Shown: positions 50,879 to 52,083 of the stretch, piece after piece | How the letters are laid out: every line of letters begins with the position of its first letter | Numbering within the stretch: the stretch's first letter is position 1 | Assembly: GCA_963777955.1 (NCBI GenBank) | Contig: CAVZSQ010000020.1 | Location: forward strand, 1 to 52,083 | Length of the DNA stretch: 52,083 nt | Direction of reading: 5' to 3' | From: Calditrichia bacterium | GTDB taxonomy: Bacteria > Calditrichota > Calditrichia > JAJRVZ01 | Made by a program: the position numbers and the translations under genes | Notes under the pieces: generated by a model | What the model saw: only the letters and a program-made list of their open reading frames with translations | What the model was told of the DNA's origin: nothing | Databases searched by the model: none

Positions 50879-52019
50879 ATGAAATACTATATCTTTATTT
50901 TAACTCTTTTTTTTCAAATTTCAGTGTTTCCATTCTGATATTGCTCCACTTAGTTCTGTGGGAGGTAATACCTATCCAATATTTAATGTGAATATAAAAA
51001 TGATTGATGAGGATGTTGTTGTAGAATGTGCTAAGGATGAATACTCGGTAAATGCAAAATTTTGGTTAACATCTGATACGACCTATAAAAATATATCTAT
51101 TGGGTTCCCTGCAAAAATTAGAGAATATCCATTTCCATTACCTTCCATCCCTATATGGAATTTCAAATGTACGGTAAATAATGAAGAAGTATATCCTGAG
51201 TCAGGAGAAATGATAGTTTGCGTACTAATATTTTATTATGGTATCAATGGAAAATAAATATTATAAAAAATGATACTATAAAAATATCAGTCTCTCACAT
51301 GGGCATTACACAGTGGTATTATGGAGGTGAAATTCCATATCTGATAGGTACGGGAAAATACTGGAAAGGAACTATTGGCTCTGGAAAAGTAGTTTTTCGA
51401 TATAATAACATAGGTTCAGTTTTATTTACTAGGGGATTAGATACTTATGATAAGAATAAAGAACATATAATAATCCTAAAATGTCAATAACATTTTTTGA
51501 AGATAGCCTTGTTTATAGATTTAATGATTACCTTCCAAGCGATGACGAAGAATTATCCCTCTATTTCTTTAAATATTGGAATGAGAGTACAGCAATCTGT
51601 TTTGATGATACTTCTCTGGTACTTCACCCCTATTAGTACTGAAACGGGATGGAATTCTTGCAGGTCATTTTTGGATGATCAAATTAAAATATTTGAAATA
51701 AAAGAACCCAAGGTTCAGATTCCTGTTTAAACCAAGTAATTTCATTTTTATCAAAGACAAAGAGAAAGTTCTGGAACCTGTGGTAAAACGATATAAATTA
51801 TCATCAATGGAAAACTTTTATTTATTTCTCCTTAAAACCGATCTCTGTAGAAATGGTTATTCTTTTAATGATCCTGACTAAGGCAAGATATGAATTTAAT
51901 AGAATTGTGGTTCAATAAAAATACAAATTTCTATATATGATCATTTAAGTGCGTACGAAAAACTAACATTTAAATGCATTGATTCTATATCAAGTAATAA
52001 AAAAATACATGGAGTATCC
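50879..52019 (+). CDS. Cassette 7 secreted protein, DUF4424-like with possible C-terminal YARHG-like domain (heavily fragmented)
   Basis: Signal peptide; 'GGNTYP..IKMIDEDV..ISIGFP..NFKCTVN..YLIGTGKYWKGTIG'; distal 'RNGYSFNDP..WF..N.NF...LS.YEK'. Confidence 0.5.
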
Positions 52020-52083
52020 TTCTAACACCAAAGTGCACTGGACGCCTGACCGACCACGATGAAATGTGGAAAATGTCAGGCAG
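52020..52083 (+). other. attC site, truncated by the window end
   Basis: TATCCTTCTAAC is the exact reverse complement of GTTAGAAGGATA at the cassette start (50858); followed by CCTGAC..GTCAGG arms. Confidence 0.8.

Larger units (their letters stand above)
46593..52083. mobile_element. Integron: intI + attI + array of at least 7 gene cassettes, continuing past the window
   Basis: Divergent intI followed by regularly spaced attC sites; in most cassettes R'' is complementary to the GTTRRRY at the start of the same cassette. Confidence 0.93.

Overview
Bacterial chromosomal window. Three proteins carry 'NYPNPFN' T9SS-type-A-like C-terminal sorting domains and the sdhCAB is of the Bacteroidota type, which suggests an FCB-group organism such as Calditrichota or KSB1 (inference). 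Left to right: the tail of an AraC-type regulator; three secreted CTD proteins; an ECF sigma / zinc anti-sigma module preceded by a soluble DUF2723-like protein; an uncharacterised radical SAM + membrane protein + V4R-like + GMC oxidoreductase operon; a site-2 protease; a complete kdpFABCDE (kdpF is missing from the ORF track); MFS and APC transporters; an Rrf2 + hemerythrin/PAS + DUF1858 cluster; fumC; lutABC; a VWA lipoprotein; sdhCAB; a PIG-L deacetylase; an AmmeMemoRadiSam enzyme; nfuA; and a complete integron (intI, attI, at least 7 cassettes) running off the right edge. Two cassettes encode HEPN-like proteins. Intergenic DNA holds several families of nested palindromic or tandem repeats. 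Frameshifts cluster in the first 8 kb and last 7 kb and are most likely sequencing or assembly indels.
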